From positions 1-61,626 of the IMG/VR virus record IMGVR_UViG_3300036853_000113: DNA of 61,626 nt. One strand, 5' to 3'. Source of the DNA: a virus (Duplodnaviria; Caudoviricetes). The number at the start of each line of letters is the position of its first letter. The stretch's first letter is position 1. Shown here piece by piece: positions 45,100 through 53,973 of this stretch. A program made the translations under genes and the position numbers. The notes beneath the pieces were generated by a model. That model was not told the origin of the DNA and did no database searches. It was given only the letters and a program-made list of their open reading frames with translations.

Positions 45100-45617
45100 T
45101 CACGACGAAGGCATTCAATGAGGTCACCGCGCAGAAGCGTCGCTCGATGGCGGCGCGGCTGAAGCCTCGTTACTGGAAGTCAGGCAAGCGCGCAGGCATG
45201 GTGCGCACGCCAGGGTGCGAGCTGCCGTTCAGCCTGCACCAGTTTCGCCAGTGGGCAATGGAGAAGGTCGGCCTCGGCATCGTGTCATGTCACTACTGCC
45301 CTCGGCCTGTCGATGTGTTGAGCTTCGAGCCGGATCACTATGTACCGATCGCACTCGGCGGAAGCTTCGGCCTCGACAACCTTGTGGTGAGCTGTAGCGA
45401 CTGCAACAAAATGAAGGACTCGATGCTGCCGCAGGATTTCATCGACCTGATGAAGTTCCTCGAAACAAATATGTCGCGAGTGAGTGCGAACAACGTCACG
45501 AAGCGCCTGCGAGCTGGCTCGATGGGCATCAAAAACAGATTTCATAAACCGTCAGTTGAGGGAGCGAAGAAACCGCCTGCGCCTGTCGCGACGACGCAGG
45601 AGATGGATTTCTTCTAG
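45096..45617 (+). CDS. HNH endonuclease
   Basis: CHYC...FEPDHYVPIALGGSFGLDNLVVSCSDCNKMK. Confidence 0.85.
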   Translation: MITTKAFNEVTAQKRRSMAARLKPRYWKSGKRAGMVRTPGCELPFSLHQFRQWAMEKVGLGIVSCHYCPRPVDVLSFEPDHYVPIALGGSFGLDNLVVSCSDCNKMKDSMLPQDFIDLMKFLETNMSRVSANNVTKRLRAGSMGIKNRFHKPSVEGAKKPPAPVATTQEMDFF

Positions 45618-46173
45618 CCATCTTCCTAGCGAGCACCAGAAGAACTGAGCGAGCCATGTAACCCAATAGCACCACGAGACAGTGAGCGAGCCAAGCACAG
45701 CGAGAGAGCACCAGCAAATGAGAGCGAGCCATAACATGCGCGAGCACCAGATAAGTCGAGCGCACAGCCGGATGACATGCGAGCACCAATAACGGAGAGC
45801 GAGCCACGAGACGTGAGAGCACCAACAACCCAGAGCGTCAGCCACTTCACTTGCGAGTACCAATCATGCGGAGCGCAGCCATGAGAAAGGAGAGCACCAA
45901 GATTGCTGAGTGAGCCAAGATGCCTGAGAGCACCAGAAAAAGAGAGCGCAGCCAAACAGCGCGAGGGCACCAATGGTAAGGAGCGAGCCCGGATATGGCG
46001 AGAGTGCCAACAGGAGTGAGCGAGCCAACACAGTAGAGAGCGCCAGGAAGAAAGAGCGCAGCCACAATGAACGCGAGCACCAGCGCTCCAGAGCGAGCCA
46101 ATGTAGTAGAGGGCGCCATTGACGCCGAGCGAGTCAAGCAATTCGAGAGCACCCAGAGCACAGAACGATACCA
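45616..46173 (+). ncRNA. TIGR-type dual-repeat array B (15 units of ~36 nt)
   Basis: Alternating G(A/C)GAGCACCA and GAG(C/T)G(C)AGCCA repeats separated by 8-9 nt variable spacers. Confidence 0.85.
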
Positions 46174-46196
46174 GTTACACAAAGGAGCGCAACACC

Positions 46197-47108
46197 ATGA
46201 CTGATCTTGTTTTAGAGCCGCTGCAACGTCTTACGAAAGACCTTGCGAACGCCTCCATCACCCTCACCGTCCGCGAGGCGCGTTACCTCGTCGATGCTTA
46301 CTACATGCTTCAGGAGAATCGCATCGCTGCTGATCATCAGGTGCGCACGCTCATTAAGGGCGACGAGCCGCATCAGGTGATTGAATGGCTCGCGGCTCAG
46401 AATGAAGGGCTTGAGCACCAGATCAAGCGCGCGCTCGACAAGTGGACGGACGGCAATCCTGTCGGCGTGTGGGCGAAAAGCATCTGCGGTATCGGTCCTG
46501 TCATCAGTGCAGGACTGCTCGCGCACATCGACATTGCCGGATGCCCCACGGTCGGCCACATCTGGAGCTTCGCCGGTCTGGACCCGACGAAGAAGTGGAA
46601 CAAGGGCGAGAAGCGGCCATACAACGCATCGTTGAAGTCGCTCGTCGCATTCAAGCTGGGCGAGTCGTTCGTCAAGGTTCAGGCGAATCAGAACGACATC
46701 TACGGGAAGGTATATGTCGAGCGGAAGAAGCTGGAGCAGGAACGCAACGAGGCGCAGCTCTTCGCAGCGCAGGCGAAGGTCGGGCTGGAGCGCGTAAAGA
46801 AGACGACGGACGCGCATAAATACTACAAAGAAGGCAAGCTGCCGCCAGCGCAGATACACGCACGAGCACGACGCTATGCGGTGAAGCTCTTCCTCGCGCA
46901 TTACCACGCGGCTGCGTTCTTCTCGCGCTTCGACATGATGCCGCCGTTTCCGTATGCTTTCAGTCATCTCAAGAGCCACGTACATTTTCTTGCACCGCCT
47001 AACTGCCATTTGATCGAAGGCATGCCGGCTGCGCTTGCACGTTATGAGCGCGAGCTACTGGAGAGTCAGGCAACCAAAGCCGTCGAGAGTACCCAGATTG
47101 CTGAGTGA
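46197..47108 (+). CDS. TIGR-associated Nop-domain protein without nuclease domain (TasA-like; IS110 C-terminal-domain homologue)
   Basis: Coiled coil then WAKSICGIGPVISAGLLAHID...IWSFAGLDP...ARARRYAVKLFLAH; no N-terminal RuvC DEDD; flanked by arrays; AAGGAG RBS. Confidence 0.85.
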   Translation: MTDLVLEPLQRLTKDLANASITLTVREARYLVDAYYMLQENRIAADHQVRTLIKGDEPHQVIEWLAAQNEGLEHQIKRALDKWTDGNPVGVWAKSICGIGPVISAGLLAHIDIAGCPTVGHIWSFAGLDPTKKWNKGEKRPYNASLKSLVAFKLGESFVKVQANQNDIYGKVYVERKKLEQERNEAQLFAAQAKVGLERVKKTTDAHKYYKEGKLPPAQIHARARRYAVKLFLAHYHAAAFFSRFDMMPPFPYAFSHLKSHVHFLAPPNCHLIEGMPAALARYERELLESQATKAVESTQIAE

Positions 47109-47368
47109 GCCACGCATGACGGAGAGCACCACAAACCGTGAGCGAACCAAGTAGGTTGAGAGCACCCGGAACGACGAGTGAGCCATCACGCGGGAGAGCA
47201 CCACAAAACACGAGCGCAGCCAGAACTCCTGCGAGCACCAAGAATAGAGCGAGCCAATGATTCGGAGAGCACCAGTTGGGAGTGAGCGAGCCAAAGAAAA
47301 AAGGAGAGCACCACCAATGCAGAGTGAGCCAGCGACCAAGATAGCACCGGAGCAGGAGAGCGCGATCA
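47069..47368 (+). ncRNA. TIGR-type dual-repeat array C (8 units)
   Basis: Same repeat pair; first unit overlaps the 3' end of the Tas gene. Confidence 0.85.
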
Positions 47369-47673
47369 CAAGGATCATCGCCTTCCTTTACGACCTGTAT
47401 GTCAACAAGTGTCTAGAGTCACTCGCGCGGAAGGACCGGCTGAACTACGTGCGCGCATCGAGCAACACGCGCTTGGAACTGGAGTGGGTGCGCTATACAG
47501 ACAGTCCAGATTGTCTGCTGATGATCCGAAAGCGCTACGCTGACGGGTCGACGGCGCGTATCGTCCTGACGGAACGCGAGGCAGAGGTCATCTTGCAGCT
47601 TCATGCGGAGCCGCACACGATCAACGAATTAGCAACGACTGGAGCAGAAAGGAAAAAGATTCATGCGTGCTGA
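47317..47673 (+). CDS. Hypothetical protein, start uncertain, overlapping the end of array C
   Basis: AAGGAG at 47301 and ATG 47317 lie inside the array. Confidence 0.4.
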   Translation: MQSEPATKIAPEQESAITRIIAFLYDLYVNKCLESLARKDRLNYVRASSNTRLELEWVRYTDSPDCLLMIRKRYADGSTARIVLTEREAEVILQLHAEPHTINELATTGAERKKIHAC

Positions 47674-48331
47674 AGAAACGTTCTTTCGAGGTTATCGCCG
47701 CGAGACACTGATCACTGGGGCGACGGTGCTATGCAACGCAGCAGGCGAGAAGCGACTGAAGCTGTCGATGAGCCTGCCGCTGTCGGGTGATCAGCTTGTC
47801 GGGATGCCATCGTGGGTTGGTGAGCCTTTCGCAATCATCGCCAAGCCGGAATACAAAGTGAAGTCTATCAACTGCACGACAGAGCTTGACCCGATGATCC
47901 TGCACGTCTTCGCGTTGCCGGAAGGCGAGAAAGAGATCATGACTCTGCACTCGGTGCGCCTGTGCAGCTTCAGAATCGAGCGCGAAACCGACGAGGAGTA
48001 TCCGCCGATAGCGCTCAACTTCAGCACATACGTTCCCGGCACTGGGAAATTTCTGAAGTTTGCAGATGACTACTTCGAGAAGTCAATCTTCATTCGGTAC
48101 GAGGCTGCGCAGCAGAGCCTTCTCGACGACAACCCCAACCAACAACCTGTCGACCCGGCTCCGCTACTGATGCCGCCGAACGGAGCAGCGTCGAAGCCAC
48201 CCAGCGATGACTTCGAAGAAGACAGGAAGGCTGCGAATGATTCTGCGCTGGACCCTGAATTTGAAATGCCGAAGCCAGCGGCAGCAGCGAGACGAGCGAA
48301 ACGTGCTCCTGTCGAAGTCGGCGTTCAATAA
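47663..48331 (+). CDS. Hypothetical protein
   Basis: 222-aa ORF with RBS. Confidence 0.65.
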   Translation: MRAEETFFRGYRRETLITGATVLCNAAGEKRLKLSMSLPLSGDQLVGMPSWVGEPFAIIAKPEYKVKSINCTTELDPMILHVFALPEGEKEIMTLHSVRLCSFRIERETDEEYPPIALNFSTYVPGTGKFLKFADDYFEKSIFIRYEAAQQSLLDDNPNQQPVDPAPLLMPPNGAASKPPSDDFEEDRKAANDSALDPEFEMPKPAAAARRAKRAPVEVGVQ

Positions 48332-48512
48332 CCACGAGGGGCTGAGAGCACCAAACGATGCGAGTGAGCCAAGTAGCCAGAGAGCGCCAAGGTCGGCGAG
48401 TGAGCCAGTGACCATGAGAGCACCATTGCACTACGCGCGAACCAATTACGCCGCGAGCACCACACTTGTCGAGTGAGCCAGGATGTCTGAGAGCACCACA
48501 CACGGAGAGCGC
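48330..48512 (+). ncRNA. TIGR-type dual-repeat array D (5 units)
   Basis: gagagcacca aacgatgc gagtgagcca agtagcca ... with 36-nt period. Confidence 0.8.
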
Positions 48513-48672
48513 ATTTCCGTATATCTACCGCTGGCACCGCATGGACCGCAAGGATCAGAGGCTGCGCGTGCTAGCGCGGGGAAAGATGAACAGCGTGCTC
48601 GTCGAGTTCGAAGGCGGTTACATCGCAGTGACGAGTGGGAATGCACTACGCAAGGCGAAGGCGCAGACCTGA
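48466..48672 (+). CDS. Small SH3-like phage protein, start uncertain
   Basis: YIYRW...RVLARGKMNSVLVEFEGG..VTSGNALRK. Confidence 0.45.
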   Translation: MSSEPGCLRAPHTESAFPYIYRWHRMDRKDQRLRVLARGKMNSVLVEFEGGYIAVTSGNALRKAKAQT

Positions 48673-48780
48673 ATGTTGATACCAGAACCAGTGCATACGT
48701 GGCTGTGGTTCTTCTGTCTTGGCGCTTTCGTGTGCTACCTGATCATGCGGAGATAGAACGAAAAAGGAGAAGCAATTGTT

Positions 48781-50106
48781 ATGTCGATTCTCAATCTGAA
48801 TTACGTTCTGTGGGATGAAGTGAAGAAGGCAAAGGTAGCAGGCTGGCCGCTACCGGCAACGTCTGCTGACCTCTACGCATACCAGCGCATCGAGCGAGCT
48901 GCACCGGAATACAAGAAGGCAGGCTTCACAGCTGCGCTCTTTCAACCGAGTCAGCGGGGGGCTGCTGGCAGATTCTCGAATGGCTACGACAAGAAGGACG
49001 ACTACGAACTGGACGGCACTTCATGGGGCGACGGCGCAATGGGCATCGCAGCTGTGAGCGCGCTGCACGATGAAGGCATGAAGGTCTACGGCGATTTGGT
49101 TCTGCATCAGATGAGCGGCTATCCGCGACAGCAGTACACGACACCGCGGTTCCCCAAAGACCCAACCTGCTTTGCGTGGACGCCGGGCGCAGTCAGGTGG
49201 CCGGGCAACGTCGCTCCTGACTCGGTGCCTGATCCCAAGGGCGGCTACCCTGACGGTGATCTCTGCGCGTATGACCAACCGAATCGCTATATGTGGAACG
49301 GTGCAATTGCAGCGACGATCTGGCTCGCAGATGAGATGGGCTTTGACGGCTTCCGCATTGACGAGGCGAAAGACTTGCACGCGGATTTTCTGCGCGCTCT
49401 GATGGATACGCAGAGACTCCATAACAAGTTTTTCTTCGGAGAATACTTCGACGGCAATCCCTTCGCGCTTGCAGGTTGGGTCAACTACTGGATGCACCGC
49501 AGAGCGTCTGCGCTCGACTTCATGTTTAAGTTCAACGTCGGGCGCATCTGTAACAACGCAGGTAATGTGTGGATGGGTGAGCTGTCGCGCATTGGCCTCA
49601 ATATGATTGAGCCTTTCAAGGCTGTCACCTTCCTCGAATCGCACGACACAGACACGACACCCGGCGAGCAGATCATTTCTAACAAGATGCTCGGCTACGA
49701 CATCATGCTCACTTTCCCTGGCGAGCCGATGGTCTATTACCGCGACTGGTCGACCGACGCGCACTGCTACGGGATGAAGGAACGAATCAACAACGGGCTA
49801 TGGATTCATCAGCACCTCGCGCAAGGCGATTTCGTCACTCGTCATGCGGAGTATCAAACCTTTGCGCACGAGCGCCTCGGTCGAGGGAAGGCACCCGGCT
49901 GCATCTGTCTGTTCAACAACGATCCTTACAACGCGCACACCATCACTGTTCAGACTCGGCACCCGCGCGACACGAGGCTGCACGAGTTTACCGGCAATGC
50001 AGGTTACTCTGCCGACGTGTGGACTGATTGGTGGGGCTGCATCACTGCGACGGTCCCGCGCAACGTCAACGGCTGCAACTCTCTCGTTTACGCACCCTAC
50101 CTGTAA
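48781..50106 (+). CDS. Alpha-amylase family glycoside hydrolase (GH13)
   Basis: NGYD, VYGDLVLHQ, GFDGFRIDEAK, FGEYFD, AVTFLESHDTD, PGEPMVYYRD. Confidence 0.9.
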   Translation: MSILNLNYVLWDEVKKAKVAGWPLPATSADLYAYQRIERAAPEYKKAGFTAALFQPSQRGAAGRFSNGYDKKDDYELDGTSWGDGAMGIAAVSALHDEGMKVYGDLVLHQMSGYPRQQYTTPRFPKDPTCFAWTPGAVRWPGNVAPDSVPDPKGGYPDGDLCAYDQPNRYMWNGAIAATIWLADEMGFDGFRIDEAKDLHADFLRALMDTQRLHNKFFFGEYFDGNPFALAGWVNYWMHRRASALDFMFKFNVGRICNNAGNVWMGELSRIGLNMIEPFKAVTFLESHDTDTTPGEQIISNKMLGYDIMLTFPGEPMVYYRDWSTDAHCYGMKERINNGLWIHQHLAQGDFVTRHAEYQTFAHERLGRGKAPGCICLFNNDPYNAHTITVQTRHPRDTRLHEFTGNAGYSADVWTDWWGCITATVPRNVNGCNSLVYAPYL

Positions 50107-50131
50107 AAGTCGCTCGTCGGAGGTTCCTCAG

Positions 50132-52006
50132 ATGAACTGGCTCAAGTCGCTCGTCGCAGTCATGCTGCTGACAGGATCGCTGTCAGCGCAGCAGATGGTT
50201 CCCTGGCTCACTCGCGCAGCTGACAATCAGCAGAGCGGGTGGAACTCTCACGAGACGCTACTCACGCAGGCGCTCATCGCCTCGAAGGGCGTCACGCGCA
50301 GGACCATCATCCCGGTGACAGGCGACGCGCGAGGCATGGAAGCGCAGCCGCTGATCCTGCCTGCTGTCTCGACGCCGCGAGGCGTGCGCGACGTCATGGT
50401 GCTTCCTTCGATGGCGAACGTCGTGCGAGGCGTCGATGCGCACGACGGCACAGGTATCTGGTCGACCTCGCTCGGCGCTCCTGTAACCGGCTCGCCGATG
50501 ATCGACATGCATGGTATCAATCAGCACTGGGGCTGTCTCTCGACCGGCGTAATCGACGCGACGACTCGCAGGCTGTATCAGGTCTGTTGGGCTTCTCCTG
50601 ACGGCTCTGGGAGCCCCCTGACGGCACGCTATTACATGAACGTGCTGAACGTGGGCGATGGAAGTATCGTGGGCGCGCCGATTCTCATTCAAGGCACGAG
50701 CCAGAGCGACGACTTCAATGCGCAGATGAGGAAGCAGCGCGCCTCGCTCGTCGAGGCAACCGTCGCAGGCGTCAGGACCGTCTTCGGGTGCGCTGGGACC
50801 GTCTCAGAGACGTCGAGGGGCTCGGCAGGCTATTGCTTCGCCTTCGACGTCAAGAGCAACACCCTGACAGCTCTGACAGCGCTCACCGCAGGCCAAGGCG
50901 CAGGCGTCTGGATGTCAGGCGCATCTCCTTCTGCTGACAAGGACGGGAACCTCTTCCTCGTGACCGGCAACGGTGCCTTCGACGGGGTAACTCAGCTCGG
51001 CGAGACGTTTCTCAAGCTGACATATATCCCGCCGACACCGAGCACGCCTGCGAGTCTGACAGTCACTGATCACTGGACGCCTTGGACAGACCTCTCGCGC
51101 GCCGGTCAGGTCGCACCCCCCGGTCCGAAGCTCGCAGGCGCACACGCGCCTTCTGAGGCGCTGCGGCAGCCTGTCGGTGGCGGCATGTCGATGTCACTGC
51201 GCAACGCTCGTGCGCGCATCAGCATGACCGCTGACGGCCCCTTGCTGCTCGTCTATCCGCAGATGGCACAAGGCGCATGGGCTGATCAGGATTGGGGATC
51301 GGCAGGGCCTGCGTGTCTGTTTCAGATAGGCGTCTGCATCGTTACAGGGAAGGACGGTATCGCGTACCCGATCAAGGCTTACGCGATGGGCGGCACGACT
51401 CTCGCAGACCTGGCTCACTCGAAAACTAATTGCGCGAAGCTCGCTGCGCCGCCTGTGTGGGCGACGATGAATCCCGGCCCCGTCGATCCTTGTCCGACGA
51501 ACACTGCGACACTGAACTTCTTTCCTCGCGGCGTGACAGCTCACCTCCACATGACGCCAGTTCAGATGTATGATCCGCTCCTGCAATCGTGGACGCTCTT
51601 CCTGTGGGGCGAGAACTCTCAACTACACAAGTGGAAGGTGAGCGACACAGGCGCGATGACTTACGTCGCGCAGAGTCACGAGTTCGCGAGCGCTGATGCG
51701 AGAGGAACCTCACCGGGGGGAATGACGGGCGGATTTTGCGCGGGGTCGAGCAACGGCGGTGATCCTAACAGCGCCATCCTCGTCTGCACAATTCCCTACG
51801 GAAACGCAAACGCAGTCGTCGGCCCCGGTCGCATGCTGGTCTACGATCCCATCCACCTCGCAGCTGATGGCTCTTTGAAAGTTCTATGGGACTCGCAGCG
51901 ATGGGGTGTGGCGTTTCTGTTCAATAAGTTTGATCCTCCGCTGATCGACGGCGGCGAGGTCATCGTTCCAAACTACAATGGCGGCGTCGACGTTTACGCG
52001 CCCTGA
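50132..52006 (+). CDS. Secreted PQQ-like beta-propeller protein
   Basis: Signal peptide MNWLKSLVAVMLLTGSLSAQ; AQPL, GCLSTGVID, GVWMSG, LFLVTGNG, DQDWGSAGP, KFDPPLIDGGEV. Confidence 0.7.
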   Translation: MNWLKSLVAVMLLTGSLSAQQMVPWLTRAADNQQSGWNSHETLLTQALIASKGVTRRTIIPVTGDARGMEAQPLILPAVSTPRGVRDVMVLPSMANVVRGVDAHDGTGIWSTSLGAPVTGSPMIDMHGINQHWGCLSTGVIDATTRRLYQVCWASPDGSGSPLTARYYMNVLNVGDGSIVGAPILIQGTSQSDDFNAQMRKQRASLVEATVAGVRTVFGCAGTVSETSRGSAGYCFAFDVKSNTLTALTALTAGQGAGVWMSGASPSADKDGNLFLVTGNGAFDGVTQLGETFLKLTYIPPTPSTPASLTVTDHWTPWTDLSRAGQVAPPGPKLAGAHAPSEALRQPVGGGMSMSLRNARARISMTADGPLLLVYPQMAQGAWADQDWGSAGPACLFQIGVCIVTGKDGIAYPIKAYAMGGTTLADLAHSKTNCAKLAAPPVWATMNPGPVDPCPTNTATLNFFPRGVTAHLHMTPVQMYDPLLQSWTLFLWGENSQLHKWKVSDTGAMTYVAQSHEFASADARGTSPGGMTGGFCAGSSNGGDPNSAILVCTIPYGNANAVVGPGRMLVYDPIHLAADGSLKVLWDSQRWGVAFLFNKFDPPLIDGGEVIVPNYNGGVDVYAP

Positions 52007-52227
52007 GCCTTCTTTCTTGCGCACTAAGTCGCCGGGGTCTAATAAAGATCAGCTTGAACCAGCCGTTTAGGAATCCAGCAACGCCAATCACAACATGGCC
52101 AAACACGTTGGGCTTGACCGCGATGCCGTTAAGTTGCAACGCCCACAGGAGCAGGTCGACGAGCGTATAGGCGACGCAGAAGCCTCTGACGCCCCACCAC
52201 AAGCGGTGCCTCATGGCTACCAAGATG

Positions 52228-52470
52228 TCAGTACCAGATGAAGGTCAGCTCGGCCCAGTTGTTAAGGTTGGGGTTTGACATCTGCAAGTGATAGCTCATC
52301 GCCTCGAATTGTCGAGCGTTGAAGAGCGTCTGATAGGCCACGTCCTTCGAGTGCTCGCCATCTGTCTCGACGTCCTTCGAGGTGTAGATGAAGCGCTTGG
52401 TGTACTCAGGCATCGCTTGCCCAGGTATCACGCCTGCGCGCACTTCCCACGCCGCTTTCAGTGCTTCCAT
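52228..52470 (-). CDS. Hypothetical protein
   Basis: AAGGA RBS; part of a minus-strand small-gene cluster. Confidence 0.55.
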   Translation of the reverse strand: MEALKAAWEVRAGVIPGQAMPEYTKRFIYTSKDVETDGEHSKDVAYQTLFNARQFEAMSYHLQMSNPNLNNWAELTFIWY

Positions 52471-52875
52471 TTATTCCTTCCTTCCGTCGGACACCACCAC
52501 TTTCATCATGCCTGCACAGTACAACACGACCAGCAGAGTACAAACGATGACGCCTGCGAAAAACCCGAGCAAAAAGTTCATCGCTTTCAACCCTCCTCTG
52601 GCCTGCCAGCAGCGTCAGCGTGCCTCCCCCAAGGACGCCGACGCTTCCGGCAGCTCGCCGGTCACCCGGCAGCTTGATCTCGCTCGATGTCGTCGTGAAA
52701 CCTGTGACAGTTTCCGCAGTAGCGGTGTGCGATGTCCTGCGGGTGGTAAGAGATCATGCCACAGTGCGGGCACTTGATTCGAGGAGAACCTTCCAGACGC
52801 TTCGCGAATTGTTTGCAGATGACGCCTGCTGCGAAAGCGACGACAGCACAGACGAGCAATTCTGGATGTTGCATT

Positions 52876-53100
52876 CTATTCGCGCTCCAGTTCGTACACC
52901 TCACCTGTCACAGCGTTGGTGACAGTTCCTTGCTCAATCAGCAGCGGGATGAAGCCCCCCATCAAGCCGTCGCCTGCACGGACGAATCCCTCTGGCGTGA
53001 GGCCGACTGACTTGCCATTTTCAGAGACGATTGCTACCACCGCCCTCGTCCACTCTTCATCGCCTGCGCGCCTGATGCGCACGAAGTCGCCGCGCTTCAT
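52876..53100 (-). CDS. Hypothetical protein
   Basis: ATG overlaps upstream stop. Confidence 0.5.
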   Translation of the reverse strand: MKRGDFVRIRRAGDEEWTRAVVAIVSENGKSVGLTPEGFVRAGDGLMGGFIPLLIEQGTVTNAVTGEVYELERE

Positions 53101-53471
53101 GTTCGCGCCTTCCCTTCCATCCTGGCGAACACAAAGGGCGCATCCTGCCACTTGCGCATGAACGCGTGCAGGTCGCCATCGTTTAACAGCTCAAAGGAGT
53201 ACGGCTTGGGCAGCTTCGAGCGCGCAATCAGTTCCTGAACGATCAGGCGCACGGACGCGATCATGTAAGCTCTCGTGCCCTTCGCCTTCAGTTCGTACCA
53301 GCTCTTTTCATCAGTCGAGTCAAAAGGCTTTTCGTCTTTGTAATACCGGAATCGATACGTCATTTCGTAGTCAGAGTCAGGCGTGATCTCCCGCAACCCT
53401 GCCAGCCAATCGACGTCTTCCGCAAGGACCACGAACCAAGCGCCGACAATCTTCTCGTCAAACAGAATCAT
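53097..53471 (-). CDS. Hypothetical protein
   Basis: Coupled ORF chain. Confidence 0.55.
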   Translation of the reverse strand: MILFDEKIVGAWFVVLAEDVDWLAGLREITPDSDYEMTYRFRYYKDEKPFDSTDEKSWYELKAKGTRAYMIASVRLIVQELIARSKLPKPYSFELLNDGDLHAFMRKWQDAPFVFARMEGKART

Positions 53472-53685
53472 CGCCCATCAACTCTTTCCGATTCAGCGAG
53501 GCCGTCGCCATCATCAGCCCCTTCTCCGTGTAGACGCGCGCCATGTCCAGCGTCAGCCAGAGCAGCGTCTCGTTGCTCCCGTCCGTCTCTTCGAGGATGA
53601 CGCGCTCAGCAGCTGCAACAGCCTTAGCGATTATGTTCATGCGCGTGATTTCGCGCTCCTCTCGTTCCTCTCGTGACAGCATCAT
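53458..53685 (-). CDS. Hypothetical protein
   Basis: Coupled ORF chain. Confidence 0.45.
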   Translation of the reverse strand: MMLSREEREEREITRMNIIAKAVAAAERVILEETDGSNETLLWLTLDMARVYTEKGLMMATASLNRKELMGDDSV

Positions 53686-53969
53686 TGAACCTCTTTCCTC
53701 GTCGCGACGATGACGTCGCCAAGAATCGACCAGCCGGGATAACCCCCTGCCTGCGCGTACAGTGCTGACGCGATACCGTTGACTGGCGGTTCTGGCGTCT
53801 TACAGTGGGCGTCGTCGTCGCAGACCATCAGCCGACCGTCTGCCAGCTTTACAACGTCGATGCAGTCGCAGCCGAGGAAGCTATGGATTTCGCGCAGAGT
53901 GAAGCCTTCCTTCGGGTCGAGGGGGAAGACTTCAATTTTGCTGCCGTCAGTTCTGATCAGTGTCGCCAT
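53682..53969 (-). CDS. DUF3846-like protein
   Basis: FTLREIHSFLGCDCIDVV...MVCDDD...NGIASALY...ILGDVIV. Confidence 0.6.
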   Translation of the reverse strand: MATLIRTDGSKIEVFPLDPKEGFTLREIHSFLGCDCIDVVKLADGRLMVCDDDAHCKTPEPPVNGIASALYAQAGGYPGWSILGDVIVATRKEVQ

Positions 53970-53973
53970 TGTT

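Noticed and set aside
45616-46173. CRISPR array
   Set aside because: Two alternating ~10-nt repeats with 8-9 nt spacers, not one 23-47 nt repeat with ~30 nt spacers; no cas1/cas2
45529-46182. Minus-strand ORFs with repeated WCS/LAR/GAL motifs (also 37440-37852, 46999-47378, 48090-48537)
   Set aside because: Antisense read-through of the 36-nt arrays, which stay in frame because 36 is a multiple of 3
46197-47108. IS110/IS1111 transposase (mobile element)
   Set aside because: Lacks the N-terminal RuvC DEDD domain and catalytic serine loop; context is tandem arrays, fitting Tas
50107-50156. 13-nt direct repeat AAGTCGCTCGTCG around the propeller gene start
   Set aside because: Only two copies, one coding; could be an insertion scar but unsupported
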